Below, in pieces: positions 19,820 to 30,021 of a stretch of 64,000 nt of DNA (positions within the stretch are counted from its first letter, which is position 1; each line of letters begins with the position of its first letter). Both the position numbers and the translations under genes were made by a program. Source of the stretch: an uncultured Clostridium sp. (GTDB lineage Bacteria; Bacillota; Clostridia; TANB77; CAG-508); assembly GCA_947648495.1 (NCBI GenBank), contig CANSOA010000002.1:166250-230249 (forward strand), given 5' to 3'. The notes under the pieces were generated by a model. It made no database searches. It saw nothing but the letters and a program-made list of their open reading frames with translations, and was not told where the DNA came from.

Positions 19820-20539
19820 TTATTTCATAAATTTTTGTATCTCTGATTTTTTTAAATAACGCCAAGTTCCCAATTTTAAATCTTTGACATGTAAGTCTCC
19901 AATTTTACTGCGATGCAAGGCAATGACTTTTTTACCGATTGCCTCACACATTTTTCGAACTTGTCTATTTTTGCCTTCATGAATAGTAATTTCTAGTCTG
20001 GAAATATTCTTCTGTTCCTCGATTTTAAGAATTTTTACTTTCGCAGGTCTTGTAATATAATCTTCGATTTTTACACCGTTTCTCAACATTTCTACTTCTT
20101 CTTGCGTAATTTTTCCGGCAATAGTTGCATTGTAAGTTTTCGTAATTTCATGTTTAGGATGTGTTAATTGATAGACAAAATCTCCATCATTTGTGAGAAT
20201 TAATGTTCCTGATGTATACATATCCAAACGTCCAACTGGAACAATTCTTTGTGGTACTTTGACCAAATCCAAAACACTTTCTCTACCAAATTGATCTTTT
20301 GCTGTTGTAACAACGCCAATTGGTTTATTCAATAAAATATAAATAAAATCATTGGTTTTATTTTCTATTTTCTTTCCATTATACAAAATTTGGTCTGTAT
20401 CTGGATTAACTTTTGTGCCCAATTGTGTGACGACTTTTCCATTTACTGTGATTTTGCCTTGACGAATTAATTCTTCACATTTTCGCCTAGAGGCAATTCC
20501 ATTCGAAGCTAAAAATTTTTGTAGTCTGATTGGTTCCAT
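19820..20539 (-). CDS. rluB: rRNA pseudouridine synthase (RsuA/RluB family)
   Basis: S4 domain (RLQKFLASNGIASRRKCEELIRQGKITVNGK) plus the catalytic VGRLDMYTSGTLILTNDG motif. Start at MEPIRL. Confidence 0.8.
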   Translation of the reverse strand: MEPIRLQKFLASNGIASRRKCEELIRQGKITVNGKVVTQLGTKVNPDTDQILYNGKKIENKTNDFIYILLNKPIGVVTTAKDQFGRESVLDLVKVPQRIVPVGRLDMYTSGTLILTNDGDFVYQLTHPKHEITKTYNATIAGKITQEEVEMLRNGVKIEDYITRPAKVKILKIEEQKNISRLEITIHEGKNRQVRKMCEAIGKKVIALHRSKIGDLHVKDLKLGTWRYLKKSEIQKFMK

Positions 20540-20573
20540 TTTTTCCCTTTCGTTTGATTGTTGTATTGAAATT

Positions 20574-21134
20574 TTATTTTGTCTTTTTTCCAAATATTTT
20601 TGTAACAAATAATTTAATTTTAGTAAATAGCGAAACGCTTTCTTCTATTGTTTCTGTTAAATCTTCTGTTTCTGATTCTTGTCTTAAATCAGTATAATCT
20701 TGTATATCTGGATTTTGCTGTGTGTATTTACTATAAGCAGTTACCATTGGGTCTTCGGTAAGTGTTTGGCTATTTGAGGTAGTTTCTGTTTTTTTAAATA
20801 AATTATCTGTGCTAAATTGCTCTTGTAATTGTGCTTCAAGTTTTTCTTGATTGGCTCTCATTTTTTCCAATAATTCTTCTTTTCTTTCTTGGTTTTGACA
20901 CCAATATTTTATATGTAATAAGGCAATAATTTCAAGAGCATATTTTCTCAAGCCTTGATTTTGCAAAGGTTTATGTGGATCAATATGAATTTTATATTCA
21001 GGGTCTTTCATGGTTTCAAAAAAATCTAGTAAATTTTGAGGCAATTTTGCAATATATCTTTCATTCATATGTTTAATGACATAATCAACTTCTGCATATG
21101 CCATTAAATCTTCTCTTGTAATCACTACACTCAT
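20574..21134 (-). CDS. hypothetical protein
   Basis: 186-aa ORF, acidic and Q-rich, with no recognisable motif. Confidence 0.35.
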   Translation of the reverse strand: MSVVITREDLMAYAEVDYVIKHMNERYIAKLPQNLLDFFETMKDPEYKIHIDPHKPLQNQGLRKYALEIIALLHIKYWCQNQERKEELLEKMRANQEKLEAQLQEQFSTDNLFKKTETTSNSQTLTEDPMVTAYSKYTQQNPDIQDYTDLRQESETEDLTETIEESVSLFTKIKLFVTKIFGKKTK

Positions 21135-21214
21135 TTGTATTCCTCCGTAATTTTATATTCATATTATATAAATAAACAGTCGTCTCGTCAAGAGAATTAC
21201 AATAATTTTATTTT

Positions 21215-22048
21215 TCATGAATTTTCTAATTCTTGTTTTTTCTCCAAAATCTTGCTCATATTTCGATAACGCCCTTCTCGCAATTCTTTTTCGTAGGCTT
21301 CTGGCTCAATATTTTTATCTAAATCTTCCAATTCTTTATCAATATCATATGGAACGCGTACAAACTCAAAACTAAAATCTGCTCCATACTCTTTTGCCCC
21401 ATATTCGCCTTCCAAAATTACATAATAACTCGCTGTTGTTTCTAAAACATTACTATCTTTTTCCTCATCTCTTACGACATTAAAACTATTGCCCACACTT
21501 CCAACATTAATCAAGGTTTTATTATACATTTTGTTCATAAATGGTGCGTGCAAATGTCCATAAATGACAATATCTGCCACTTTGTCTGACATGGTATTTT
21601 CACTTGGTTCAAACATTTGATATTTATTTTCATACGTATCTTCATTGATGATAACAGCTTCTTTTTTCTTTGGACTCGCATGAAACATTCGAATTAGACT
21701 TCCACTCATGTAAAACTCATACGAAAATGGCAAATCCAACAAATATTTTTTTGATTCTTCGGACAACAAGGAATTTAACCAATGCACTCTTTTGTGCATC
21801 AATTCAACTGGAATATTATGCTTGCTAACTTGATAAACCGATGGATCTGTGTCTACATCACAATTTCCTTGCACCACTACTTCACAGTTTTCCTTCACTA
21901 ATTTTACGCATTCTTCCGCATGACAACCTTTTTCCACGATGTCACCCAAACAAAATATTTTGTCAATACTTCGCTTTTGAATATCCTTTAAGGTTGTCTT
22001 TAAAGCCTCCAAATTTCCATGAATATCAGATATAACAGCTATTCTCAT
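21215..22048 (-). CDS. metallophosphoesterase (calcineurin-like)
   Basis: MRIAVISDIHGN...GDIVEKG...GHLH matches the metallophosphoesterase motifs. Confidence 0.7.
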   Translation of the reverse strand: MRIAVISDIHGNLEALKTTLKDIQKRSIDKIFCLGDIVEKGCHAEECVKLVKENCEVVVQGNCDVDTDPSVYQVSKHNIPVELMHKRVHWLNSLLSEESKKYLLDLPFSYEFYMSGSLIRMFHASPKKKEAVIINEDTYENKYQMFEPSENTMSDKVADIVIYGHLHAPFMNKMYNKTLINVGSVGNSFNVVRDEEKDSNVLETTASYYVILEGEYGAKEYGADFSFEFVRVPYDIDKELEDLDKNIEPEAYEKELREGRYRNMSKILEKKQELENS

Positions 22049-22065
22049 TTTCTCTCCTTATTTTT

Positions 22066-22560
22066 TTAAATAAATACTTCATTAATGTGTACAAATCGTA
22101 TTTTTTGAAAATCATACGTTGAAACTGGTCTTGCAAGCGCGTCAAAGGAATGAGTATCTATATAAATATCACTTAAATAATTTACATTTTCAATTCCAAC
22201 CACAATTAAACTATGTGAAAATCTTTGCCCATTATTTGATAATTGAATTAAGTCTCCGATTTGAATTTGATTTTGTGGAACTTCTACTCCATGTGGACCT
22301 TGTGCTTGATTATGCACAAGAAAATCATACAAAAATTCAACTCCTGTCCAAGAAGGAGATTTTGCGTTTGCATTTCGATAATACCAAGATTTATCATTCA
22401 TGACCCCACTTCCTGCATAAATGCATTGAGAAGCAAAATTGGTACAATCTCCACCAATTTTTTCATAGTCATAATACTTGGGATTTCTCGAAAGTGCCCA
22501 TTTATTTGCGTATTCTACACATTTTTGTTTGTTATATTGTCTTTTCGTCAATTTTATCAC
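22066..22560 (-). CDS. putative amidase-domain protein (Amidase_6/NlpC-like Cys-His)
   Basis: The GGDCTNFASQCIYAG ... H ... pattern is typical of the putative amidase domain. Confidence 0.45.
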   Translation of the reverse strand: MIKLTKRQYNKQKCVEYANKWALSRNPKYYDYEKIGGDCTNFASQCIYAGSGVMNDKSWYYRNANAKSPSWTGVEFLYDFLVHNQAQGPHGVEVPQNQIQIGDLIQLSNNGQRFSHSLIVVGIENVNYLSDIYIDTHSFDALARPVSTYDFQKIRFVHINEVFI

Positions 22561-22640
22561 CCATATATTTTATGCAAATTGAGGTGATTTTGTAACTTGT
22601 TATCCTTCCCTTGCTAATCGCTCTATTAAAATATTATATA

Positions 22641-23435
22641 TTAAACTGTTTTATCTGACAATACATTTTCTATTTTTTCACCAATTTTCCATTCAAATTT
22701 TAGAAATGGATTTTCATTTACACAAACGATTTGTGAAGAAATTTCATGTTTGAATTTTTCTTGTTTTTCTTTATCCTTGCTCAAAATAACCGCACAATAC
22801 TTCGTTAGACCATGATTTATCATATCCATCACGTCTTCTAATTCTTCTGTTTCATCAAAAATCTCTATTTCATATAAATTTTGAATTGCATAATTTCTGA
22901 TATTTTCAATGAGTTCTTCATATTCTTCTGTATCATAATAGAGGGCAATATCCCCAAAAGGGATATATTGTATTTTTTTATTTTTAATTTTCCTAAAATT
23001 CATATAAGCATTGGAATTTCCTAAACAAATGACTTGCTCTAAATCTATTTTTTCAATATCGCTAGCCGTTATATTCATTTTTAGCAAAATGGACCTATGT
23101 ATTTTATATTCTTTTAAACAATCTTTTATCATTTTTACAAGAGCTGTATTTAAGCCATAACAGACTTCTTCTATTGCAATGATAAGTTCCCAATTATTTA
23201 CAATTGCTTCCATACAAAGAATAGCGGTAATATAAGGATTTCCATAATGACTAATCAAAATTTTCTTTGCCTCTTTATTCTTAATTGTTTGATTTTTATA
23301 TTTTTGCAATCTATCTATCAATTGATTAACACGAAAATCAATTGCACAAATTTCTTGATCTTCTTTTTCCAGTTTGGTTAAAATATTTTGATTATCTTTT
23401 ATCAAATCAATGACACTGTTTACAATTCTTTTCAT
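22641..23435 (-). CDS. hypothetical protein
   Basis: 264-aa ORF in a tight array with its neighbours; no confident homology. Confidence 0.35.
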   Translation of the reverse strand: MKRIVNSVIDLIKDNQNILTKLEKEDQEICAIDFRVNQLIDRLQKYKNQTIKNKEAKKILISHYGNPYITAILCMEAIVNNWELIIAIEEVCYGLNTALVKMIKDCLKEYKIHRSILLKMNITASDIEKIDLEQVICLGNSNAYMNFRKIKNKKIQYIPFGDIALYYDTEEYEELIENIRNYAIQNLYEIEIFDETEELEDVMDMINHGLTKYCAVILSKDKEKQEKFKHEISSQIVCVNENPFLKFEWKIGEKIENVLSDKTV

Positions 23436-23459
23436 AAATCTAAACCTTTCTTCTTTTGC

Positions 23460-25835
23460 TTAATCGGTTAATTCTCTTGCTTTTTCTATTTGGTCTACTA
23501 ATTTGTCAATTCGCTCTATTTTTTCCTGACTATATCCCTTTTCCAATGAAATTTCTAAATTTTCTTTTAAAGCTTTTCCCCATTTTGATGAATGAACAAA
23601 TCGATCTGCTTCTTCCTTTTCTCCCATTTCTACCAAAAATCTTCTGTTTACTTTTCCATCTTCTACAATATTGTTTTGATTTTTATAAAACTCCTCTTGT
23701 TTCATCATATAAGTCGCTGCACCATAATTAATCTTAGTTCCCATTTTAGTGCTTTTAAATAATTTTTCAAGAATAATTTTATCTAAGTTTGGCAATGAAA
23801 CTTTGGCTGTGCCATCTAAATATAATTCAATTTCACAGTCTTCATCTAATTCAGAAAATAATTGCCAACGATAAATAGGATCTGTTACATAACGGTTTGC
23901 TTCTTGCTTTTTCGTTGTTTGAGATTTTGTTCTTGTTGTTGTACTATTTTTCTGACCTTGTACCATTTCATTTGAAACATTAAGAGCTTGTATCAAATAC
24001 ATTCTTGCATCATTTTGTGTTCTGATTTGTTCTATATTTTTTCCTGCACCATTGAAACTACTAAATATGAAATTCAATTTCTCCTCATCTGATAAATTCG
24101 AAGTTTTAAGCGCATGACAAGCTTTTTCTAAATCTAATTCTCCTTTGAATAATAGATTCTTGGCATCACGTGGTTTTAGGTGTGCACTTTGGATTAAATC
24201 ATAAATCACTTCCTCGCCATTCCATTCAAGAAGTGTATCGATTGGTAATAAACTAGATTGATATAAATTTTTAAAATCTTCATATTCACTTTCTAATTCG
24301 CATATTTGCATCGCAATTTGCTCTGCAATTTGGCTTTGTTGCTCTGGACTTTTGCCCTTGCTTTTGACTTCACAAAATAACAAACGATAACAATCAAAAT
24401 CTTTTGCTTTTTCTGGTTCCTCTTTTGCCTTTTTATAATATTCCATCAATTTTTCGACACTAATTTCAGTATCAAAATTCTCATTCATGAAAGAAAAATC
24501 AACAACTTTTGATAACTCAACATGGTCTTGCATATACATTTCTATAATATCGCTATTTTGTATAAAGTCATTGTCATATAAATAACACAAATGAATCTGA
24601 TTAATTTTATAGTCTCCTAATCGATGCTTTATGATATTATGAATTTCTTCACGATTTAAAGCATCTAACATTAACAAATGTTCAAAATTAGTTGGATTAA
24701 TTTCTACTAATTTGTTTTTTTCTTCTGTGCTAAAATTCAATAATTCAAAAACTTGCATATGGTTTACTTTTTCAAAACCAAATTCTCCGTTTAACACTTC
24801 GCATTTCATTTTTTCTAAACTACGTTTTGGAAAATAATACTTTCCTTCTTCTGCTGTAACCACTCTTGAAAGGTCTTGTTGTAATTCTTTATATGAATAT
24901 TCTATATCTGCTTTGTCATCTATTGTTTTTAAGTACACTTTTTCATGAATTTTCATTTTTGGGTTTTGTATATGAGATTCAGCATATTCCAAAAATTCTA
25001 CTAACTTTTGCATTTCTTTGACTGAAAAATCTTCTGAAACATCTAATATATCTTTCACGCGATAAGCAGATACAAGCAATAATTTTTCTATATTAAACTT
25101 TTCACAATATTTGTACATAACCTCATCAAATTCAATTCTACATTGATCGATTAATATTTCATATTTTTCCTCATCCGAAATTTGAATTTTTTCCTCTTCT
25201 ATAATGTTATTGCATCTTTTGTTTCCATTCCTAGTAATTATAAATTCTAGAAATTTACCATTTCCAGCATAATAGCATAAATAATCTTCAAAATCATCAA
25301 GACTAGAAATATTAAATATAATATCCATCATTCCTGTATCTTGTAAATCTTTTACAGCTGATAAATTTTCCTGTTTTAGTTTTCTTTGCTTTTCCGAATC
25401 TCCTTTATTTAGGAAAAAATTATTTACTGTCCAAAATTCTTTGATTATAGTTCTATCTCCTCTTTTAGCAATCGCAGGAATTTCTACATCTGAACCATCT
25501 AATAATTTTTTAGCAACTTCATATCTCATTTTTGCTTGCTCAAGAGCTAATTTTTCCTCGACTGTATCCCAATTTTCTCGTTTTCCCAAATTTATATAAT
25601 GTCTTAAATTTTTAGCAGTTAAAAATAATAATCTTTCCTTATCTATTTTATCAGGATTTTGTTGTATAAAATTTTGAATTTCTTGTTTATTCAAATTTAT
25701 GTCTATTCCTTGTGTCACTTGTTCTACATAAGCCTTATCTGTTAAGATATAGTCAAATTGTTCTGAAACAAGCATAATTCCTACTTTTTTTATAATTTCT
25801 CTTATCGTCATTCTATTAATTTCTTTTTTTGACAT
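23460..25835 (-). CDS. large hypothetical cytoplasmic protein (791 aa)
   Basis: A long ORF without TM segments or recognisable catalytic motifs; Glu/Lys-rich. Confidence 0.4.
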   Translation of the reverse strand: MSKKEINRMTIREIIKKVGIMLVSEQFDYILTDKAYVEQVTQGIDINLNKQEIQNFIQQNPDKIDKERLLFLTAKNLRHYINLGKRENWDTVEEKLALEQAKMRYEVAKKLLDGSDVEIPAIAKRGDRTIIKEFWTVNNFFLNKGDSEKQRKLKQENLSAVKDLQDTGMMDIIFNISSLDDFEDYLCYYAGNGKFLEFIITRNGNKRCNNIIEEEKIQISDEEKYEILIDQCRIEFDEVMYKYCEKFNIEKLLLVSAYRVKDILDVSEDFSVKEMQKLVEFLEYAESHIQNPKMKIHEKVYLKTIDDKADIEYSYKELQQDLSRVVTAEEGKYYFPKRSLEKMKCEVLNGEFGFEKVNHMQVFELLNFSTEEKNKLVEINPTNFEHLLMLDALNREEIHNIIKHRLGDYKINQIHLCYLYDNDFIQNSDIIEMYMQDHVELSKVVDFSFMNENFDTEISVEKLMEYYKKAKEEPEKAKDFDCYRLLFCEVKSKGKSPEQQSQIAEQIAMQICELESEYEDFKNLYQSSLLPIDTLLEWNGEEVIYDLIQSAHLKPRDAKNLLFKGELDLEKACHALKTSNLSDEEKLNFIFSSFNGAGKNIEQIRTQNDARMYLIQALNVSNEMVQGQKNSTTTRTKSQTTKKQEANRYVTDPIYRWQLFSELDEDCEIELYLDGTAKVSLPNLDKIILEKLFKSTKMGTKINYGAATYMMKQEEFYKNQNNIVEDGKVNRRFLVEMGEKEEADRFVHSSKWGKALKENLEISLEKGYSQEKIERIDKLVDQIEKARELTD

Positions 25836-25988
25836 TTTATTTCTCCTTTTATTTTTTAATATTACTTATATTATAACATGCTTTCCATAAAATGTCAAAG
25901 TTTATGTAAATACAACAAAACGGATCTAAAAATAAGAATTAAAAACTCATTTTTAAACCCGTTTTATTAAACTAAATATATCTTATAA

Positions 25989-26189
25989 CTATTTGTTGAT
26001 CATTTGGTTTTCAGCTTGTTCGATCATTTTTTTAACCATTTGTCCACCGATTTTTCCAGCGTCTTTTGCAGATATATTTCCGTTGTAACCGTTTTTTAAG
26101 TTAACACCAACTTCTGAAGCTACTTCATATTTGAATCTATCTAATGAATCCATTGCTTCTGGAACTGCTTTTCTACTATTTCTTGCCAT
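25989..26189 (-). CDS. small acid-soluble spore protein, alpha/beta type
   Basis: FKYEVASEVGVNL...AKDAGKIGGQMVKKMIE matches the two conserved SASP blocks. GGAGGTG ribosome-binding site before MARNSRK. Confidence 0.8.
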   Translation of the reverse strand: MARNSRKAVPEAMDSLDRFKYEVASEVGVNLKNGYNGNISAKDAGKIGGQMVKKMIEQAENQMINK

Positions 26190-26322
26190 CTTATTCACCT
26201 CCGCTATTCAACTTATTGAAAAAACATATAATGTATTTTCAATATATATAATGTGCGAATTTGAATAAAATAAACAGGTAATTTTTGGAAAATTTACCTG
26301 CTTTGAAAATTTTTTTATTTTA

Positions 26323-26865
26323 TTAATTTGAAGGTTCTATTAAACCAAAATTTTTAGAATCTTTTAATTTAAAAATAACATTGACTTTTCCAGTATCCAC
26401 ATTAATAAATGGATAAAAAATACTTCCTGTTTTTTCAGATAATTTAATTTTTGCATCTTCTACCGATATTGGTCTAACATCATAAAATGCATTTTTGATT
26501 ACTTCATTTTCGATTACTTTTTCTTCATCACCAGAAATCGTGATTTGTTTTAATGAAGAATCACGTTGCATTTTTTCTTTTTTGGCTTTTGTTTTTCTCA
26601 TTTGACCTTCTAAAATATCGATGTCTTTATCAATTGATGCGTATAAATCTTTCGATTCTGTTACTGCTTTATAAGAAGTTCCTTTCGTATATATGTACAT
26701 TTCTGCAATTTGTGTATCTTTTTCATTTTTGATTGTTACATTGACTTCTACATCATTCGCATTTTCTCGGTCAAAATATTTCTCAATTCTATTTAATTTT
26801 TTTTCCGCATATTCCTTAATTGCATCTGTTGCTTTTAAATCTTTCCCTGTAATTGTTATTTTCAT
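26323..26865 (-). CDS. hpf: ribosome hibernation promoting factor (long HPF)
   Basis: MKITITGKDLKATDAIKEYAEKKL... plus the C-terminal dimerisation domain. Confidence 0.8.
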   Translation of the reverse strand: MKITITGKDLKATDAIKEYAEKKLNRIEKYFDRENANDVEVNVTIKNEKDTQIAEMYIYTKGTSYKAVTESKDLYASIDKDIDILEGQMRKTKAKKEKMQRDSSLKQITISGDEEKVIENEVIKNAFYDVRPISVEDAKIKLSEKTGSIFYPFINVDTGKVNVIFKLKDSKNFGLIEPSN

Positions 26866-27019
26866 ATCTTTTACCATCCTTTCTTAATAAGTAAGTTTTA
26901 CTTTTTAGTTTATAATTTTATTATATCGATTAATTTTTATTTTGGCAAGTATTTTAGAAAAATATTAGAAAAAGGAAAAACTTTCCAAAATGTTTTTCCT
27001 TTTTCTTAAAGTTGAAGAT

Positions 27020-27421
27020 TTAAATTCTCTCTTTAAATTCTTTTTTTTGTTTTGGTGAAAGCCTTTTGTAATACCATAAAACTTTATCTACTTTTGACAT
27101 TTCAGGTACCAAAAGATGTGAAAGTAATAGACCTATTTCGACCCCATTACGTTTCAAAGAAGCGTTTTCTTTGAAAAATCTCTTTTTCATAATGAAAAAG
27201 ATTTCATTTTCTTGTACTAAGAGTTCTTCTGTTGCATCTTTCGATATTTCAAACTTCCTTGAAACATTGCTTATTATCCATCTAAAAAAAGCTTCAACAT
27301 GTTCCTCCGTACAATAATATTTTGGAATAAATTTTCCTACTACATCACCTGGCATTTCTCCGATTTCTTCCTTTGTTAAATGCCGCCATTCTAACTGCAA
27401 TAACTCCTTTACTTCCATCAT
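27020..27421 (-). CDS. hypothetical protein
   Basis: 133-aa ORF, no motif recognised. Confidence 0.3.
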   Translation of the reverse strand: MMEVKELLQLEWRHLTKEEIGEMPGDVVGKFIPKYYCTEEHVEAFFRWIISNVSRKFEISKDATEELLVQENEIFFIMKKRFFKENASLKRNGVEIGLLLSHLLVPEMSKVDKVLWYYKRLSPKQKKEFKERI

Positions 27422-27587
27422 ATCCTCCTTAATTATAAAGAATGCATAAAAACAAAAAAGTTTTGTAGTAATTTTATCATATAATTTTTTTTATTTCAAG
27501 AGTAATTTTTCATTTTAATAATTAAAATTATGTGTTAAACTATGGGGGAAATTTGAGAAAAAATAGGGGAAAAAATAGGGAAAAAAT

Positions 27588-27676
27588 GGGGACGGGGACA
27601 GTCTTGAAATCTTATTTTCTCGTTTTTTCTCATTTTTTCTTTATTTTTCTATCTAATTAAGATTGTCCCCGTCCCC
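27588..27676. repeat. 89-nt palindromic MITE-like element, copy 1 (GGGGACGGGGACA ... TGTCCCCGTCCCC)
   Basis: 13-bp GC-rich terminal inverted repeat enclosing a 63-nt loop of GAGAAAA-type octamers. Preceded by (A6)TAGGGG repeats. Confidence 0.8.
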
Positions 27677-27920
27677 ATTTCTCAATTTTTAAAAACAAAA
27701 ATAAAAACAAAAACAAAAATACCTCTTTAAAAAACTATTTCCTTTTACTCCATACTATCATTTCTTAAATAAAACCAACTTTAGTTTTCTTCTACTATCC
27801 TCTAGAAACTATTCTTTCAAATATTTATTTTTTTTATTTAAAAAATTTATTAAAAATAGATTAAATTGTATTTTTCAGTTTTTTTTTGGGGGGAGTTTTT
27901 AGGTCTTAGGGGGGTCTTAG

Positions 27921-28009
27921 GGGGACGGGGACACTCTTAATTAGATAGAAAAATAAAGAAAAAGTGAGAAAAAACGAGAAAATAAGATTTCAAGACTGTC
28001 CCCGTCCCC
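27921..28009. repeat. 89-nt palindromic MITE-like element, copy 2 (inverted relative to copy 1)
   Basis: Near-identical to the reverse complement of copy 1 (2-3 mismatches). Preceded by a G6/G5 tract cluster. Confidence 0.8.
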
Positions 28010-28108
28010 AACCCACCAAACCAACTTTTTATAACTTTTAGTCATTTAACTTATATCATTAACTTAATTTCAAAAAAATTCGCAAAATAAATTTTACAAA
28101 TAAATAAT

Positions 28109-28837
28109 CTAAAACAACTTCTCTAACTTATATTCCTTCTCCAATTTTTCATTCAAATAAATATTTGCAACAAGTTCCAATTCCTTCCTACATTTTTCCG
28201 ACAACTCAAACGAAAAAATTTTCTTTGCATCTGCAAGCATGATATATTTTATTGCAGTTTGTGTTGCCTCCGACACTTCAACTGCACCCGTATCTTGTTT
28301 TGCGCAAGCTTTGCATTTAAATCCATTATCCCTAAAACTAAAATGTGTCATATTTTCTTTCGTTTTACAAGAAACACATTCTCGTATATTCGGCAAAAAA
28401 CCAATAATTTTAAGAAGCCTTAACTTAAATACCGTCGTAATAAAATCCAAGTCTTTCTGTGTCTCGGAAATTGCATACAATGTATTTAAAAAAAGCTTCA
28501 ACGTATGATACGAATTTTGATTTTCTGTTGTCACATCATTCACAATTTTTGTGATATAAGTCGCATATGTAAGCTTATCCAAATCCGTTCGGATATTGTA
28601 AAACATCTCAATTGTCTCACATGAATTCATGGAATAATTTTCACCACTTTTAAACAACATATATTCTCCAAAACACAAAAATTGAGTGCCTGCAAGCAAG
28701 AGACTTTTCGGTCTTCTGGCTCCCCTTGCACTGCACCCAATTTTTCCTAAATTTGGCGTCAAAATCGTCAGCATTTTATCATAATCACCCATATTGTTTT
28801 CAATTAAAATTACTCCATTTATCTTAATTTGTTTCAT
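28109..28837 (-). CDS. recO: DNA repair protein RecO
   Basis: RecO N-terminal OB fold plus the C-terminal Cys4 zinc motif (CVSC...CKAC). AAGGGAAG ribosome-binding site. Confidence 0.8.
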   Translation of the reverse strand: MKQIKINGVILIENNMGDYDKMLTILTPNLGKIGCSARGARRPKSLLLAGTQFLCFGEYMLFKSGENYSMNSCETIEMFYNIRTDLDKLTYATYITKIVNDVTTENQNSYHTLKLFLNTLYAISETQKDLDFITTVFKLRLLKIIGFLPNIRECVSCKTKENMTHFSFRDNGFKCKACAKQDTGAVEVSEATQTAIKYIMLADAKKIFSFELSEKCRKELELVANIYLNEKLEKEYKLEKLF

Positions 28838-28946
28838 TTGAACTTCCCTTACTATTTTCCTTCAATTTCTTGATTTCTCGAAACTCAAGATACATCTTAA
28901 TATCACCTGTTTTTTTAAAAGCATTCCATGCTAAATCTGTCATCAT
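28821..28946 (-). CDS. YqzL-like small protein (41 aa), not in the ORF track
   Basis: MMTDLAWNAFKKTGDIKMYLEFREIKKLKE... resembles the YqzL family that precedes recO in Bacillus. GGGAG ribosome-binding site; its 3' end overlaps the recO start. Confidence 0.45.
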
Positions 28947-29064
28947 AATAATTCGCTCCCTTACAATTTTCTTTTGTTATTTTGTCCAAAATATTCAATT
29001 TCATAATCACTTTTGCATGACAATATATTCCATTTTTTTAAACAAAGAGCTAATTTATTTCATT

Positions 29065-29967
29065 TTAAATTCTAAATTTTTTTACAAATGTTTCTTTTTC
29101 TTGCCAACCTTCTCGTACTTTCACCCATATTTTTAGGTTTACTTTTTCGCCCAACATTTTTTCTATATCATAACGACTCGATGTCGAAATTCTCTTTAGC
29201 ATACTTCCGCCTTTACCAATAATAATCCCTTTGTGTGACTCTTTATTGGTATAAATAACACTATCAATATTAAAAATTTTCTCATTTTTCATAGTTTTTC
29301 CCGTTTTAAATTTCTCAAGCTCTACATAAATTCCATGTGGCACTTCTTCGTCTAAAAATCGTAGCGCCTTCTCACGAATGATTTCCTCAATCATTTGTCT
29401 TGTGGTTTGGTCCGTATATTCGTCTTCACTGTAGTATTTGGGTCCATTTGGCAACAATTTTATAATTTCTTCCACTAACTTGTCTATTCCTTCGCCAGAT
29501 ACTGCACAAATAGGAACAACTGCTTCAAAAGCATATTCATCACTATAAATTTTAATTAAATTTAATAACGTTTCTTTTTCCACTAAATCAATTTTATTAA
29601 TCGCTAAAATGCATTTTTTATTTGCATTTTTCAATTTTTCCAAAATTCGGCAATCGCCCCTACCAATTTCTTTGGAAGTTGCCTCTATTAAAAACACAGC
29701 TACATCAACCTCTTCCAAAGTTGAAAAAGCAGTCTCAATCATTGTTTCGCCAAGTTTCGTTCTAGGTTTGTGAATACCGGGTGTATCCGTTATAATCATT
29801 TGATAATTTTCATCATTTAAAATTGCCTTAATAGCAGTTCTCGTAGTTTGTGGTTTGTTGGCAATAATGGCAATTTTTTCTTTCATTAAAGAATTGAGCA
29901 AAGTTGATTTTCCCACATTTGTTCTTCCAACAAATGACACAAAACCAGATTTAAAATTTTCGTTCAT
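29065..29967 (-). CDS. era: GTPase Era
   Basis: G1 GRTNVGKST, G3 DTPG and the KH domain. Start at MNENFKSGFVSF. Confidence 0.85.
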   Translation of the reverse strand: MNENFKSGFVSFVGRTNVGKSTLLNSLMKEKIAIIANKPQTTRTAIKAILNDENYQMIITDTPGIHKPRTKLGETMIETAFSTLEEVDVAVFLIEATSKEIGRGDCRILEKLKNANKKCILAINKIDLVEKETLLNLIKIYSDEYAFEAVVPICAVSGEGIDKLVEEIIKLLPNGPKYYSEDEYTDQTTRQMIEEIIREKALRFLDEEVPHGIYVELEKFKTGKTMKNEKIFNIDSVIYTNKESHKGIIIGKGGSMLKRISTSSRYDIEKMLGEKVNLKIWVKVREGWQEKETFVKKFRI

Positions 29968-29987
29968 ATTTATTTCCTTTTCATTTT

Positions 29988-30013
29988 GTAGGGGCAATTA
30001 TTCATCGCCCCTA
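29988..30013. repeat. intercistronic hairpin GTAGGGGCAAT-n5-ATCGCCCCTAT (copy 2 of 3)
   Basis: Same family as 7136-7162, placed between the stop of the upstream gene and the era ribosome-binding site. Confidence 0.5.
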
Positions 30014-30021
30014 TTTATACA

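Noticed and set aside
27588-28009. Invertible promoter switch hypothesis for the inverted element pair
   Set aside because: The inverted repeats are about 89 bp, far longer than recombinase sites. Each is itself a hairpin, a third solo copy exists at 35067-35155, and no recombinase gene is nearby. A repeat-family explanation fits better.
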